The notes under the pieces: model-generated
The model's input: only the letters and a program-made list of their open reading frames with translations
Told to the model about the DNA's origin: nothing
Databases searched by the model: none
NCBI GenBank assembly: GCA_965372795.1
Contig: CBDVDR010000002.1
Span: forward strand, 1-64,000
DNA length: 64,000 nucleotides
Direction: 5' to 3'
DNA from: an uncultured bacterium
Lineage (GTDB): Bacteria > Zixibacteria > MSB-5A5 > GN15 > FEB-12
Translations under genes and position numbers: made by a program
Shown: positions 1 to 10,846 of the stretch, in pieces
Layout: each line of letters opens with the position of its first letter
Numbering within the stretch: position 1 is the stretch's first letter

Positions 1-3000
1 TTCGGAAATTCTGTATGTTCCAATATAATTCCATCCGACTTCAGCTAAAGACAGATCCATTGTAAATTCCTCAATACCGTCATCATGATGTATTTTGAAA
101 TATTTATTCCCTTTTTCTGTCTCCCTGTTGTTGCGTCTTCTTCTGAACCAGTTTGGGATTAGACTTGCCCCTTCAAAATAACAATAGATGTCATAATCTC
201 CGGAACTTTCAATCTCGGCATTCCACGATACAATATTTGAACCGTTGCCGGCTCTTTTATAATAACCGGAATGAATGAATTTACCATAAAATTCCTGACT
301 GGTAGTCGGGAGCCAGAACGAAGGAGGATCCCAGGGCCGCAATCCAACATATTTTGAGTTACTTTCATCTTCATCAAAAATTGAGTATAAAAGATTTCGA
401 ATATAGTTTTGACGGGAAACGTTTATAATCTCAAAACCGGCGTCCTCATTGTCAACCATAAGCACACCCTCATCTTTAATCTGCTCATCATACCGACTGA
501 CAATCTCGCCGTCAAAAGGCACAGCTTTTTTATCCAATTTCTGTTCTTTAAAGTTTATTTTAAAAACTGCTGGAATATTTTTGGATACGAATGTCTCAAC
601 CTTCATCTCTGCCGGCGGTTTATCAAGCAGGATGCCTATCTCTTTTTTTGTATTTGCTGGAAGAAAGATAGTCGTTTCATAATCAGGGACATCACTGTTT
701 CTGGCTCTCCATGATCTCCGAATACCCCTTTGTTGTCGATATCTGAAACTTAGCTCAACCATGCCGTTTACTTCGGTTGGGTTGCTGATTGAAAATTTGA
801 CTTGAGTTTTGGTCTTCTCACCGGATACTATTTTATAACTTTCAACATCTTCGATTAAATATCCCGGTAAAAGCGTATCATAATACCAGCTGTTAACTAT
901 GTTACCAAAATCTATATCTTCAATATCATTTACAAAATCAATAAAGGTGTCTTCCGGAATCCCCTTGAATTTATTCTCCTTAATCAATGAAGCAAACTGT
1001 TCGTCAAAATTATTATCTTTAAACTGAGTTGCAATCATTGATAATAAAAATCTTCCTTTGGAACGCAAAGCTGATACATTCAATTCGGTCTCAAGCGGGT
1101 TCTGTTTAATTATGTCAGCCAGGGAGTATTCATTAAAAGCCAGATTAGCTTTCTCCTGATCAGATAACCCATACCATCGCCGCCAGGGTAATTGAGTTGG
1201 TGGAAAAACTTTTTCATAGAAATAAGATTCAAAAGCATAATTCAAAACCGGCCAGGTAGGTGATGTTATATGGGTCTGATAAGAAATATAATTTGGAATT
1301 ATATGAAATCGGCTTTCTATATTTGTTTCTCGTCTAATTCCATAATTTGAAGGAGTTGTCCCGAAAATCTCTGTTTTTGTGAAAGTTGTAAAATACCCGG
1401 CTTGAATCTCTTTGGGGCTGTCTTCCTGATTTGCCCGTTCCTGTTGACGGGTCGAGCGTCTTTTCATTCTTTTAAAATCAGCTCCGCTGCAGGTGGTCCC
1501 AGCTTCTGGAAGGAAAATAATTTGGGGTTGTGTCGTCTCCTGAGCCATTGTCCAGGAGCGGTTAAAAGCATAAAACTGGATCGGCACTTCAGCTAAGATC
1601 AGTTTTTTGTATGGATATTCATTTTCAACATGAGCCTCAAATTCGTTTTTCAAATCACGTATCAGTATTTCCAGAGTATCACTGATTTCGTTAAAATATT
1701 CCTTATAATAATCATGTCCCTCAAAATGGCAGAAAAAATAGGTTGTGCTGTCAACCAGTATAGAATCACATACATATTCTCCCGCCGTAACAGAAATCTT
1801 CGGAAGTGGGTTGTCATTTGTGAACAAATGAGTCGTCGAATTCTCATTTATCGTTTGAGTATGATTGCCCTGAGAAATAACCGTCAAATTCGACGGTGCG
1901 GTGACTTCCAAAGTGAAGTATGCAAAGGGTTGAGTTGATACGTTTGGAAACGAAACTCCCGGCGATAAACCGGACCGCGGATACCAGAGCACTTCTTGAG
2001 TTAAGAGTAAAAAATCATTGGATTGAAAGGCAAATTTTTTCGGCGAACTGAACATCCACCACCGGTAATCCTGATTAAATCGCTCATCCTCAATATCAAG
2101 ATAACTTATTCTTTCATCGATGATGCCGGAGTATTCAAAAAATAAACTAATAGAATCATCGGGATAAATTGCTTGTGATAAATTAATCCATATCAAATGA
2201 TTATTGCGAGTGAAATTAACCTCTTCATTTTTAATCCTGATCTGGTTCAAGGTCAATCCCGGATTGAGTGAGAATAACAATGAATCAAATTTTTCACTCG
2301 TCTTATTGACCCCGGTAACGGTAACAGTTGAATTTAAAAAGCCATCTTCAACCTTTAGCTTTATATCATATTGTTCAAATTCAGGAGCTATTTGGAAAAC
2401 AACTTCCGAGGATATCTGTTTTAATTCATTTCTATAAGCCGAATCTTCCATCTTGCCGTTTAAATAGAGCGCTCCCAATCCGAATCCGCCCAAAATACAA
2501 CCGACAGAAATTATTGAAGCTGCGATATTCATGGCTACTGACTGCTTTAACCGTTTAAAAAATATGGTTGTCAGAAATATGAGACCTATCCCGGTTAAAA
2601 GATACGCCCCTCGCAACTGGAGGACTTCTTTTAAATTAGCAATGTCGATAAAATCAGAATAAATCATGGGTTGATAGAAGGCGAAAAAATCATAGATGAA
2701 ATAATGCTTAGAGCCAATCACAATCAGCACCAGAAGTGAGTACCCTAATATTATAACAAAGACCAAAGCCTGGCTCCGAATCAGATTAACCAGCAATAAA
2801 GAAAGCCCGATAACAAAAACCAGAGTCGGCAGCCCAATCAACAAGGGGAGTAGGATAAATGGTTCCCAGGCAAAAGGTGCGGTTGAGAAAAACCTGATAA
2901 TTATAAAAGTCGCAAAGACAACCAGGAAATTTAATGTGAAAAAGACTGATAGTATTCCTAATAGTTTCCCAAAAAAATAATCAATATTTGAAAAGGAACG

Positions 3001-3291
3001 GATAAATACAACCTGCGAAGTATCGAATTTTTGATCCCGTTTTATAAATTCTGTTGCTAAAAAGGCGGCTATGATCCCCTGATACATATTTAGCATGATT
3101 AAATTGGAATGTAATACTGATTCTGAAAGTGATCGGAGAAAAAGAGGTGCGTCACCGACTTTTGTCCCTAAAGCGATTGACATAAACATCAGAATCGTCA
3201 CTCCGAGGATATTAAAAATTCTGAATGCCCATGATCTGTTAAGCAATTTCGCTTCGAATCGGGCAATGGTCCAAATCGCAAATAAATTCAT
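1..3291 (-). CDS. Large ABC-2-type permease fusion protein (N-terminal TM permease, long extracytoplasmic region, C-terminal golvesin/xanthan-lyase-CBD-like domain); partial, runs off the left edge
   Basis: Absent from the ORF track, consistent with no stop codon inside the window. ATG at 3291 just downstream of the ABC ATPase gives MNLFAIWTIARFEAKLL... followed by several hydrophobic helices. Spot-checked segments are open in the same frame, ending ...MDLSLAEVGWNYIGTYRISE at position 1 (>=1097 aa). Confidence 0.8.
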   Translation of the reverse strand, partial: MNLFAIWTIARFEAKLLNRSWAFRIFNILGVTILMFMSIALGTKVGDAPLFLRSLSESVLHSNLIMLNMYQGIIAAFLATEFIKRDQKFDTSQVVFIRSFSNIDYFFGKLLGILSVFFTLNFLVVFATFIIIRFFSTAPFAWEPFILLPLLIGLPTLVFVIGLSLLLVNLIRSQALVFVIILGYSLLVLIVIGSKHYFIYDFFAFYQPMIYSDFIDIANLKEVLQLRGAYLLTGIGLIFLTTIFFKRLKQSVAMNIAASIISVGCILGGFGLGALYLNGKMEDSAYRNELKQISSEVVFQIAPEFEQYDIKLKVEDGFLNSTVTVTGVNKTSEKFDSLLFSLNPGLTLNQIRIKNEEVNFTRNNHLIWINLSQAIYPDDSISLFFEYSGIIDERISYLDIEDERFNQDYRWWMFSSPKKFAFQSNDFLLLTQEVLWYPRSGLSPGVSFPNVSTQPFAYFTLEVTAPSNLTVISQGNHTQTINENSTTHLFTNDNPLPKISVTAGEYVCDSILVDSTTYFFCHFEGHDYYKEYFNEISDTLEILIRDLKNEFEAHVENEYPYKKLILAEVPIQFYAFNRSWTMAQETTQPQIIFLPEAGTTCSGADFKRMKRRSTRQQERANQEDSPKEIQAGYFTTFTKTEIFGTTPSNYGIRRETNIESRFHIIPNYISYQTHITSPTWPVLNYAFESYFYEKVFPPTQLPWRRWYGLSDQEKANLAFNEYSLADIIKQNPLETELNVSALRSKGRFLLSMIATQFKDNNFDEQFASLIKENKFKGIPEDTFIDFVNDIEDIDFGNIVNSWYYDTLLPGYLIEDVESYKIVSGEKTKTQVKFSISNPTEVNGMVELSFRYRQQRGIRRSWRARNSDVPDYETTIFLPANTKKEIGILLDKPPAEMKVETFVSKNIPAVFKINFKEQKLDKKAVPFDGEIVSRYDEQIKDEGVLMVDNEDAGFEIINVSRQNYIRNLLYSIFDEDESNSKYVGLRPWDPPSFWLPTTSQEFYGKFIHSGYYKRAGNGSNIVSWNAEIESSGDYDIYCYFEGASLIPNWFRRRRNNRETEKGNKYFKIHHDDGIEEFTMDLSLAEVGWNYIGTYRISE

Positions 3292-3296
3292 TTGGA

Positions 3297-4208
3297 CTAC
3301 CACCCATTCTCTGATGATTCTAAGTTCATATCATATCCAATTGACTGCATATAATAAATATAAGCGTCTTCAATATTAGGCACTAAAGGTTCAGCGGCAA
3401 TTCCTTCTATTTTATCAGCTACCAAACGTAATTCATATCCAGAAGCCCCGGGAATAGCTGAAATAACCGGATACTTATCTTTTAGCTTATCAAGCTCAAG
3501 ATCAGAAGCTATTACTTTCCAAACCTTATTCTCTGCATTTTTAACCAGTTCCTGAGGTGATCCCTTAAAAACAATTTTTCCAAGATTCAATAAGGCAACT
3601 TCCCGGCAGGTTGAAGAAATATCTCCGACAATATGGGTTGACAGAATGATAATAATTTCGCCTCGGGCAAGATCAGCCAAAAGGTTTCTAAAACGCAACC
3701 GTTCCTGAGGGTCAAGCCCGACAGTTGGTTCATCTACTATCATTATTTTCGGACTGCCCACCAATGTTTGAGCAATTCCCAGCCGTCGTTTCATTCCGCC
3801 TGAAAGTTTCGAGGCTTTTCTATCGCGAACATCAAACAACCCCACATCTTCAAGAAGGCGATCAACCGTTTTCATTCGATCCGATTTTTTCTTTAAGCCG
3901 CTCAATAGAGCCGTATAATCAAGAAATTCCCAAACTGCTAATTTTGGAAAAGAACTGAATTCCTGTGGCAGGAAACCGATAAATTTACGAATCTCTTTAC
4001 GTTTTTTTTGAATGTCCAAACCGTTGATTTTGACTTCACCCGATGTCTGATTAAGAAGGGTTACGAGAATTTGAATAAGAGTTGTTTTGCCGGCTCCATT
4101 AGGACCCAATAATCCAAACATCCCGTCTTTTATATCCAGATTTACATCCCGAAGCGCAAATTTCCCACCGGGGTATTGTTTGGTAAGATTTTTTATCTCT
4201 ATCTGCAA
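3297..4208 (-). CDS. ABC transporter ATP-binding protein (ABC-2/DrrA-like)
   Basis: Walker A GPNGAGKTT, signature LSGGMKRR, Walker B IMIVDEPT, H-loop STH. Confidence 0.95.
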   Translation of the reverse strand: MQIEIKNLTKQYPGGKFALRDVNLDIKDGMFGLLGPNGAGKTTLIQILVTLLNQTSGEVKINGLDIQKKRKEIRKFIGFLPQEFSSFPKLAVWEFLDYTALLSGLKKKSDRMKTVDRLLEDVGLFDVRDRKASKLSGGMKRRLGIAQTLVGSPKIMIVDEPTVGLDPQERLRFRNLLADLARGEIIIILSTHIVGDISSTCREVALLNLGKIVFKGSPQELVKNAENKVWKVIASDLELDKLKDKYPVISAIPGASGYELRLVADKIEGIAAEPLVPNIEDAYIYYMQSIGYDMNLESSENGW

Positions 4209-4572
4209 TTTGACTCCTGAAGAATAGATTTGGTTTTATAACAGGATATATGAGATAATGTAAATAAAATCTGTACGGCTTTCAAACTGTTTACTCCTAG
4301 TTATTAATTAAGACGGACAATTATAAAAATAGTTTCACGAATATGTAACTTATTTGTGTTAAGTTGATTAAAGCAATTAACATTGCTTTAAAGACAACTC
4401 GATGCGATAAAAATATTAATAAAATAAAAAATAAAATTGAAATTTTTCTAAAATTATGATTATCGCACAGAATTCGACGACGGTATCACATGATTGCAAA
4501 AGATTCTAAAAGTACTACAAGGCAAAGCCATGAGTCTTATTTGTTAAGAATGTGAAGGTTTATAGGAGATTT

Positions 4573-7146
4573 TTATTTTTTGACTAAAATAAAATTAAGA
4601 TTATCAACATAATCGCCGTTCTCAACTGTTTTAATTTGAAACGGAATTGAGGTCGGCTGAACTTTATAGCCGGTATTTTCAAGCTGTTTATCAGGAACAA
4701 ACGCCCGATACATTCCCGGGGGGAGACCCAGATGGAAATATTCGCCATTATTAAAAGTTATTATTTCAAACTCTTTACCGGTCTTTTCGTTCTTAGCTAT
4801 AATCTTTACACCGCCAACACCGATTGTGCCTTTATCAATTTTTCGCTCAACCATGCCTGTGATTTCACCGGCTGTGATGATCGGTACATAAATAGAAGTA
4901 ACTGAATTAGGATTGATTAACACTTCATAAGCTTCAGCTGATGGAAGCAAGAGAGGGTTATCAAGACTATATTCATCAATGTCGATAGTATATTGGTCAT
5001 AAGGTCGCAAACGATCATAATACCAAAGATCATCTTTTCCCTGATGGCTTATTGCAGCTCCGGCCATTTTTGCTCTTAGTCCGGTAAGGATTTCTTCTTC
5101 ATCATCAAGCTTACCGTTGTAGTTGGCATCCAGGAACGGACGAATAACCGCAGAGCCAAAACCTACGCCGTTTCTTCGGTTAAATCTAAAACGTTTTGCA
5201 TCCTGATTAAACTGAACGGACCCTTTCTGGGTTTGTACCATTGAATAATTGTCACCTGATGAGATTATTTTCGAACTGAAATCTGCAAAGCCATTGAAGA
5301 TATGAAATGTTGCCATAATCGTGTTGCTGTGGGATTGCATATTTCTTTCAAGAGAAAGGGTCAATTGACCCCGACGGAAGATTCTTTTATTTAAATAAAT
5401 TCCAGCTTTTGTTAATTCGTTAAGTTTATGGTCATAATTAAATCTGAATTGAGGTCTTATAAACCGTACTAACGAAGTTGACGCAAATATCTGGCTTGCC
5501 ATCAGACTGATATATCGTGATTCATAAGTGGTCTTCTTGTAGTTTCCAATAAAGTTAATATGAATCTTGAAAGCCGAAATACTGGCGCCGAAATTTGTAT
5601 GGGCTATTTGACGGTCGGGGAATTGATCAATTGATAATCGGTAACGCAAAGTTAAACGATTACGTTTGTACTTAAATGGAGCTGATAGTGAAAGAGTCCC
5701 AGTGCTTGATTTATGCAGCGTATTTCGTTCAGAATCCAAATTGTAAATCGTATAATTACCATTAGTATTAATAAATCCCGGTATTCTGAAATTAAAACCG
5801 CCATTCATTGAATGACCCGGAGAATATGATCCGCTTAATAACAGATCTCCCCGAAGTTTATAATTCATGTCTAAAGCGGCGGCGGGTCCTGTATTAGATG
5901 AATCTGATTTTATTGGTGCTTCTGTATTGATCCCGAATGTGAGTGAATTGAATAAACCGTAATAAAAGTTTCCGGCTACATATTTTTTAGCTTCAACTCG
6001 CGAACTTTGCATTCCGGCTGCAAGCGTATATTCGATTTTATTCTTTTTCAGAAGAGTATGGGGGACAGTAATAAATTTCTCATCTATTTCTATCTCACCA
6101 TTAGGACCATATTTTTTTACCATCGTTCTGGTTGAACCATATTCAATATCAATCAGAAATGTATACATACCACTCTGATCCGTACGAGTATAATCTACAA
6201 GCACATTATTAATATATAATTCAATATCCCAATTTTCTCCGGGGGCTACTCCTTCAATCGTAGAGGTTTGAAAATATTTTTCTCTTATCTGGGGTTTGTT
6301 TGTGACTAAAAACCCTTTTAGATTTCGTGCCAAAAAACCACCCGGATTAACTTCACCGATAATTACCTGTGATAAGTAAGGACCTTTTTCTGCAAAGTAA
6401 TGCCAGCGATAATTAATTCGGTCAGTTTCAAATCCTCTGACTGAATTACCTCCGCCTTGTACTGATAAATCTCCGCCTAATAACATTGAGCCAAGGTTCA
6501 TCTGGAAAAATTGAGCCTGATTGCCAAGCGGACTTGCAGAAACCATCCAGTCGACTATCCCGGCTTTGAAAAGCTCTCTTTTATAAGGAAGATATTGAAT
6601 ATCCAGGGCTTTGACTTTTTCATTTTTAAGTCTCTTATAAGCCAGTTGACGTTTAAGCTTGATATAAGCGGGGAAGTCAGTATTCAAAGGAAGAAAAACC
6701 GTTAGTTCGGTAAAATCAAAATTCAGATTAAGTTTAAACAGTTCCTTAAACAGATCAATCCGAAGGAAAATATCTGTCTGGGTCTGAATTATCATCGTAT
6801 TATCTAAATTGATCGTATTGCCATAACATTTGGCTTTTGCATTTAATAAGTCTATCTCAAACTTTTCGTTTTTTGTAACAAAATTCCCGTGGATTATACC
6901 TTCTTGAATATTCCCCTCTACTGAAATCTCAAGCAGAGTAAAAAGATCAATGACAGGAAGGAAAATAGTTTCACCATTATATTGTACAAAAATATCTTTT
7001 TGAATAAGTTTAGGCACTTCAAACCGGACAATGATTTCCTCTACATAAGATGATTGAGCATGAAGAGCAGGCATAACGATTCCACAAATTAATATAACCG
7101 CAACGGCTAATTTTAATAAACGAATATGGAATCTGTTTTTGCTCAT
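4573..7146 (-). CDS. Usher-like outer-membrane pilus assembly protein
   Basis: 857 aa with signal peptide and beta-strand-rich body. Has a plug-like segment (WDIELYINNVLVDY) and C-terminal FLDANYNGKLD / carboxypeptidase-regulatory-like Ig domains. Directly downstream of a chaperone and pilins. Confidence 0.75.
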   Translation of the reverse strand: MSKNRFHIRLLKLAVAVILICGIVMPALHAQSSYVEEIIVRFEVPKLIQKDIFVQYNGETIFLPVIDLFTLLEISVEGNIQEGIIHGNFVTKNEKFEIDLLNAKAKCYGNTINLDNTMIIQTQTDIFLRIDLFKELFKLNLNFDFTELTVFLPLNTDFPAYIKLKRQLAYKRLKNEKVKALDIQYLPYKRELFKAGIVDWMVSASPLGNQAQFFQMNLGSMLLGGDLSVQGGGNSVRGFETDRINYRWHYFAEKGPYLSQVIIGEVNPGGFLARNLKGFLVTNKPQIREKYFQTSTIEGVAPGENWDIELYINNVLVDYTRTDQSGMYTFLIDIEYGSTRTMVKKYGPNGEIEIDEKFITVPHTLLKKNKIEYTLAAGMQSSRVEAKKYVAGNFYYGLFNSLTFGINTEAPIKSDSSNTGPAAALDMNYKLRGDLLLSGSYSPGHSMNGGFNFRIPGFINTNGNYTIYNLDSERNTLHKSSTGTLSLSAPFKYKRNRLTLRYRLSIDQFPDRQIAHTNFGASISAFKIHINFIGNYKKTTYESRYISLMASQIFASTSLVRFIRPQFRFNYDHKLNELTKAGIYLNKRIFRRGQLTLSLERNMQSHSNTIMATFHIFNGFADFSSKIISSGDNYSMVQTQKGSVQFNQDAKRFRFNRRNGVGFGSAVIRPFLDANYNGKLDDEEEILTGLRAKMAGAAISHQGKDDLWYYDRLRPYDQYTIDIDEYSLDNPLLLPSAEAYEVLINPNSVTSIYVPIITAGEITGMVERKIDKGTIGVGGVKIIAKNEKTGKEFEIITFNNGEYFHLGLPPGMYRAFVPDKQLENTGYKVQPTSIPFQIKTVENGDYVDNLNFILVKK

Positions 7147-7163
7147 TTTACCTGTGTCTGTCC

Positions 7164-8036
7164 TTATTCTGCTGAAACAGTATAGAGTAAACTATTACCT
7201 TGAATCATACCTTCCGGAGGAAGATCTTTCCGGTCGTCATTAGAAATAGAAACTTCTATTTGAAATGGTGTTTTGGAATTATTCAAAGGAATAGGTAGTT
7301 CGAGTTTACGCAATAAACTTTTGTATACAGCCAGATTCAAACGTGATTCTGATATAATTTTCTTACCCGAATCAAGCAACCGTACTCTCAGAGCACCCAC
7401 ATATGAAACATTGCCACGGTTTTCCATATCAATAAATACTTCATAAGTAGAATCGGTCTTGTTAACGTAGGTTTCATTAACATCAAGTTTCGCAACCAGA
7501 TTCCCGGTACGATACTTAAGGATAATCGCTGTCTGCATTATCATGTTCAACTTGGTTGTTATATTTTCTTCTTCACCAACAACCGGTATGGTAGCTTGAC
7601 TGCCTTCTGAACGGATTACAATTCTTGCCCAGTATTCACCATCAGCCAAATCTTTGGGAGGTCTTGCAACAAATCTGATGACTTGGGTTGCACCCGGAGC
7701 CAGAATCATTTTCCTTGGAAATACTCGCAGCCAGTCTCGGGCTGATTTTGGATCTGTAAAAGTTGAGTCTTCCAATTTTATCCGCACGTTGCCAACGCTG
7801 TCTGATTCAGGAATACCATAACTGAAATAGACTGATATTTCTTTGGGGGAGTCCGATGGATTCTGAATTGTCATTCTTCCGGTTCGGTCTTTTTCGGAAA
7901 GGTAGACCGAAGTTGGTGCGACCAGTACGCTGGCAGATATCTGAGCTGCCAGTATTATGAGAATGCCTGTTAATAAGGCAATTCCCCGCCAGTCCGTGTT
8001 CCGGAATTGCCGGGGTAATTGCATTTGCTTTTTCAT
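7164..8036 (-). CDS. PapD-like periplasmic pilus chaperone
   Basis: Signal peptide then VLVAPTSVYL, WLRVFPRKMILAPGATQVIRF, DGEYWARI and ENRGNVS, matching the two-Ig chaperone pattern. Confidence 0.8.
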   Translation of the reverse strand: MKKQMQLPRQFRNTDWRGIALLTGILIILAAQISASVLVAPTSVYLSEKDRTGRMTIQNPSDSPKEISVYFSYGIPESDSVGNVRIKLEDSTFTDPKSARDWLRVFPRKMILAPGATQVIRFVARPPKDLADGEYWARIVIRSEGSQATIPVVGEEENITTKLNMIMQTAIILKYRTGNLVAKLDVNETYVNKTDSTYEVFIDMENRGNVSYVGALRVRLLDSGKKIISESRLNLAVYKSLLRKLELPIPLNNSKTPFQIEVSISNDDRKDLPPEGMIQGNSLLYTVSAE

Positions 8037-8148
8037 GTCTTACTTCCTATGCTTTGGGTTACAACTTCATAAAGCCGAAATCCATTCGACTCCATCCAGC
8101 TAAAAGCTATCAGAGTTGTAACTATATAGTCAACATTTAATTCAATTC

Positions 8149-8712
8149 TTATGCACCTGTATAAGCAACTGTGCAAACGATGTCTGCAGTGTAGGCGCCA
8201 ATTCTTTGATCAACTGCCGGTAAAATTGTACCACCTAAGAACAAATGGACTGTACCTGCAACTAATGGAGTTACATCAGCAATATTATAAGGATCTGAAG
8301 CTGGCAAAGCATTCACTGTTGGAGTTCCAGGAACACCGGCTACATCAGGATCAACGATCATATCAGTTGAGCTAAATGTGATGACCATACGATCTTCTTC
8401 AGATGCTGTACCATGCCACAGATAATCCGGTAATTGCAAATTCACAGAAAGTTCCTGTGTTGTTGCACCGGTAATTGTGAAATGACCACAGGCTGCATCA
8501 GCAGGGGCAACCGAAACCGGTACGCCCTGGAGGACTGATGTACCAAAAGCTAAAGCTTGAGAAGCAACAACTTGTAATGCTGCTAAAACGGTAGCGGTGG
8601 CAGAACCAACGCCGACTTCCTGAGCTTTGGCAGGAGTGAATGAAGCCATGATTGTAAATAATACTACGGCTGCAATTAGTTTCATCGATTTCTTATTCAT
8701 TGTACCACTCAT
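8149..8712 (-). CDS. Pilin-like subunit (DUF4402/spore-coat-U-like)
   Basis: Signal peptide, N-terminal SATATVL, LAFG motif, C-terminal GAYTADIVCTVAYTGA, two Cys. Confidence 0.75.
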   Translation of the reverse strand: MSGTMNKKSMKLIAAVVLFTIMASFTPAKAQEVGVGSATATVLAALQVVASQALAFGTSVLQGVPVSVAPADAACGHFTITGATTQELSVNLQLPDYLWHGTASEEDRMVITFSSTDMIVDPDVAGVPGTPTVNALPASDPYNIADVTPLVAGTVHLFLGGTILPAVDQRIGAYTADIVCTVAYTGA

Positions 8713-8745
8713 AAGTTAAAGTTATTATTCATTGTTTGTTTATGT

Positions 8746-9303
8746 TTATGCACCGGTATAAGCAACCGTGCAAACTATATCCGCTGAATAGGCGCCAACG
8801 CGCTGGTCTACTGCCGGAATAATTGCTCCACCAAGAAATAGGTGAATCGTATTTACCAGCGGTACTATATCAGCAATGTTATACGGATCCGATGCACCTA
8901 AAGCACTACCTGATGGAGTCCCGGCGACACCTGCAGCATCCGGATCAACTATCAAATCGGTCGAGTTAAAAGCAATAACCAATCGATCTTCTTCACCGGC
9001 TGTTCCGTGCCAGAGATAATCTGGTAATTGCAAATTAATTGAAATTTCAGATGTTGCCGCTCCGGTAATTGTAAAATGTCCACAAGTTGCATCACCGGGA
9101 CCAACCGAAGTCGGAACACCCTGCATAACACTAGCTCCAAACTGCAACGCTTGTGCCGCTACTACTTGCAACGCTGTCAGAACTGTTGCGGTGGCTTGAC
9201 CAACAGCAACTTCCTGAGCGTTAATTGTTGCTGATGAGAACGAAAACATGACAACAACAATAAGTGTTAGCGCAAAGAGTTTTCCCTTTAAGTTTGGGGG
9301 CAT
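8746..9303 (-). CDS. Pilin-like subunit (DUF4402-like), close paralog of 8149..8712
   Basis: Same motifs as the neighbour. Start moved from 9348 to ATG 9303 because AAGGAGG lies just upstream. Confidence 0.75.
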   Translation of the reverse strand: MPPNLKGKLFALTLIVVVMFSFSSATINAQEVAVGQATATVLTALQVVAAQALQFGASVMQGVPTSVGPGDATCGHFTITGAATSEISINLQLPDYLWHGTAGEEDRLVIAFNSTDLIVDPDAAGVAGTPSGSALGASDPYNIADIVPLVNTIHLFLGGAIIPAVDQRVGAYSADIVCTVAYTGA

Positions 9304-9585
9304 AAGCACCTCCTTTGAATTAGTTCTTTTTGCTATTTTAATCTTCATTTTTTGCTTCTTAATTTAATCCAATTCTTTCTAGTTCAACTTTCATACAGCT
9401 GTTTAATCGTCATACAGTTCAGAAACTTAACAGCAATTAACAGAAAAAATGGATTATGCATTACTTTTTTAGGTTAATATTGGAAACATGCTACATTTTT
9501 AACAATGATGATTTCATAATGAAACCGATCTAATGGAATTATCCGTTTGGTATCTCGAAAATATTATAACTTGTTGGAAGACAAT

Positions 9586-9616
9586 AAAAAAAGGCGCGAC
9601 ATCAAATGCCGCGCCT
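9586..9616 (-). terminator. Intrinsic terminator downstream of pilin 9644..10213
   Basis: Minus strand AGGCGCGGCAT-TTG-ATGTCGCGCCT followed by a T run. Confidence 0.75.
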
Positions 9617-9643
9617 CTTATTAAGAAAGGATAATTAGATCAA

Positions 9644-10213
9644 TTAGGTGCCATTATATGACACTGTCAAAATTATTAAGCCGGTATATACTCCCGGAAG
9701 TTGCCCAACCGACGGAATCACTCTGCCGCCAAGGAAAATTGCGGTCATGTTGGTTGCGCCAATAGTCATCCCACCTGGAAGAGAATGAGGGTTAATATTT
9801 AGAAAACCACCGCCAAATGAAGCCGGATCAACATTACCGGTATTATCAATAGAACAATCATCAATATTGAAAACTATCGTCATACGATCTTCTGGAAGAG
9901 GAGCAACACTTGTTGCCAGATATTCCGGAAGTCCCAAAAAGGCTGAAATCCCGCCATTAGCTTGTCCGGCAATGGTAAAAATTCCGGCATTGGCTGCTTC
10001 GTTATTATCAACTTCTTTAGCTATCCCTTGTAAAACATTTCCAAAATTAAGATTTTGGATTGCCGTGACCGTCAAACCGGTTAATACCGTTGCAGTTGCC
10101 TCACCGGCAGCTGTTGCCTGGGCAAATGTAGAACTAAAACTAAAAGTCATCATAAGTAGATAAACAACAAGGAAATATCTCAACATTGTCTTTGATCTTT
10201 TAAGAAATATCAT
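9644..10213 (-). CDS. Pilin-like subunit (DUF4402-like)
   Basis: Signal peptide, EATATVL, LNFG, IFLGG and C-terminal GVYTGLIILTVSYNGT. Confidence 0.75.
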   Translation of the reverse strand: MIFLKRSKTMLRYFLVVYLLMMTFSFSSTFAQATAAGEATATVLTGLTVTAIQNLNFGNVLQGIAKEVDNNEAANAGIFTIAGQANGGISAFLGLPEYLATSVAPLPEDRMTIVFNIDDCSIDNTGNVDPASFGGGFLNINPHSLPGGMTIGATNMTAIFLGGRVIPSVGQLPGVYTGLIILTVSYNGT

Positions 10214-10381
10214 TCTACTCTCCCAGAACCTGATTTGCTGTTTAAAAAATTTATTTATTTCTTAATTCTTAAATCGGCAGAGTTATGTTTTTGAGGCTAT
10301 AATTTGCCGAAAAAGACTGTCCAGCAAAGGTTTTTGGTTGAATTATGAACAATTCAAACCAATCGAACTGACAGGATAAAG

Positions 10382-10846
10382 CTAATTTCCGGTATATAGA
10401 ATCTGAATTGTTAAAGGAGCAGTATAATTGCCCGAAGCTTGATTCGGATCAGGCATCGCCAAAGCACCCAGCCAAATTGATAAACCGCTTGACCCCAACC
10501 CGTAAGTTATAGTACGCCACGGATTTAAATCGTTATAAATAGGGTTGCTCTGATCCGGTGCGGCGCTTGAATCCATAGCACAATCGGTACTCGTAAAAAC
10601 CAGTCTCATTGTACTGGTGCCAGAGTACATATAAGATGGTAGGATAAAATCGATCTGGATCTCGGCTCCGGCTGTGCCGGACACTGTAAATTCGGCTGCT
10701 TTTCCGGCTGTATGTTTTGAAACTATTCTTGGGACTCCGCTTAAAATAACACCAAAATCAAGATCAATATCAGCCGAGGGAAGCTGACTAAAACAAAGTG
10801 ATGGTATTAACAGCAGAACCAGCAATATAATAATTTTAGATCGCAT
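10382..10846 (-). CDS. Pilin-like subunit lacking the N-terminal ATATV extension
   Basis: Signal peptide followed almost directly by LDFG; IWLG; C-terminal GNYTAPLTIQILYTGN. Confidence 0.7.
   Translation of the reverse strand: MRSKIIILLVLLLIPSLCFSQLPSADIDLDFGVILSGVPRIVSKHTAGKAAEFTVSGTAGAEIQIDFILPSYMYSGTSTMRLVFTSTDCAMDSSAAPDQSNPIYNDLNPWRTITYGLGSSGLSIWLGALAMPDPNQASGNYTAPLTIQILYTGN

Noticed and set aside
159..3379. Many short ORFs in the track over the first 3.3 kb
   Set aside because: They are shadow or alternate-frame ORFs over the long minus-strand gene 1..3291.
4510..4545. GGCAAAGCCATGAGTCT resembling part of a c-di-GMP (GEMM) riboswitch
   Set aside because: Only a fragment; no P1/GNRA stem or matching 3' half, and no plus-strand gene downstream.
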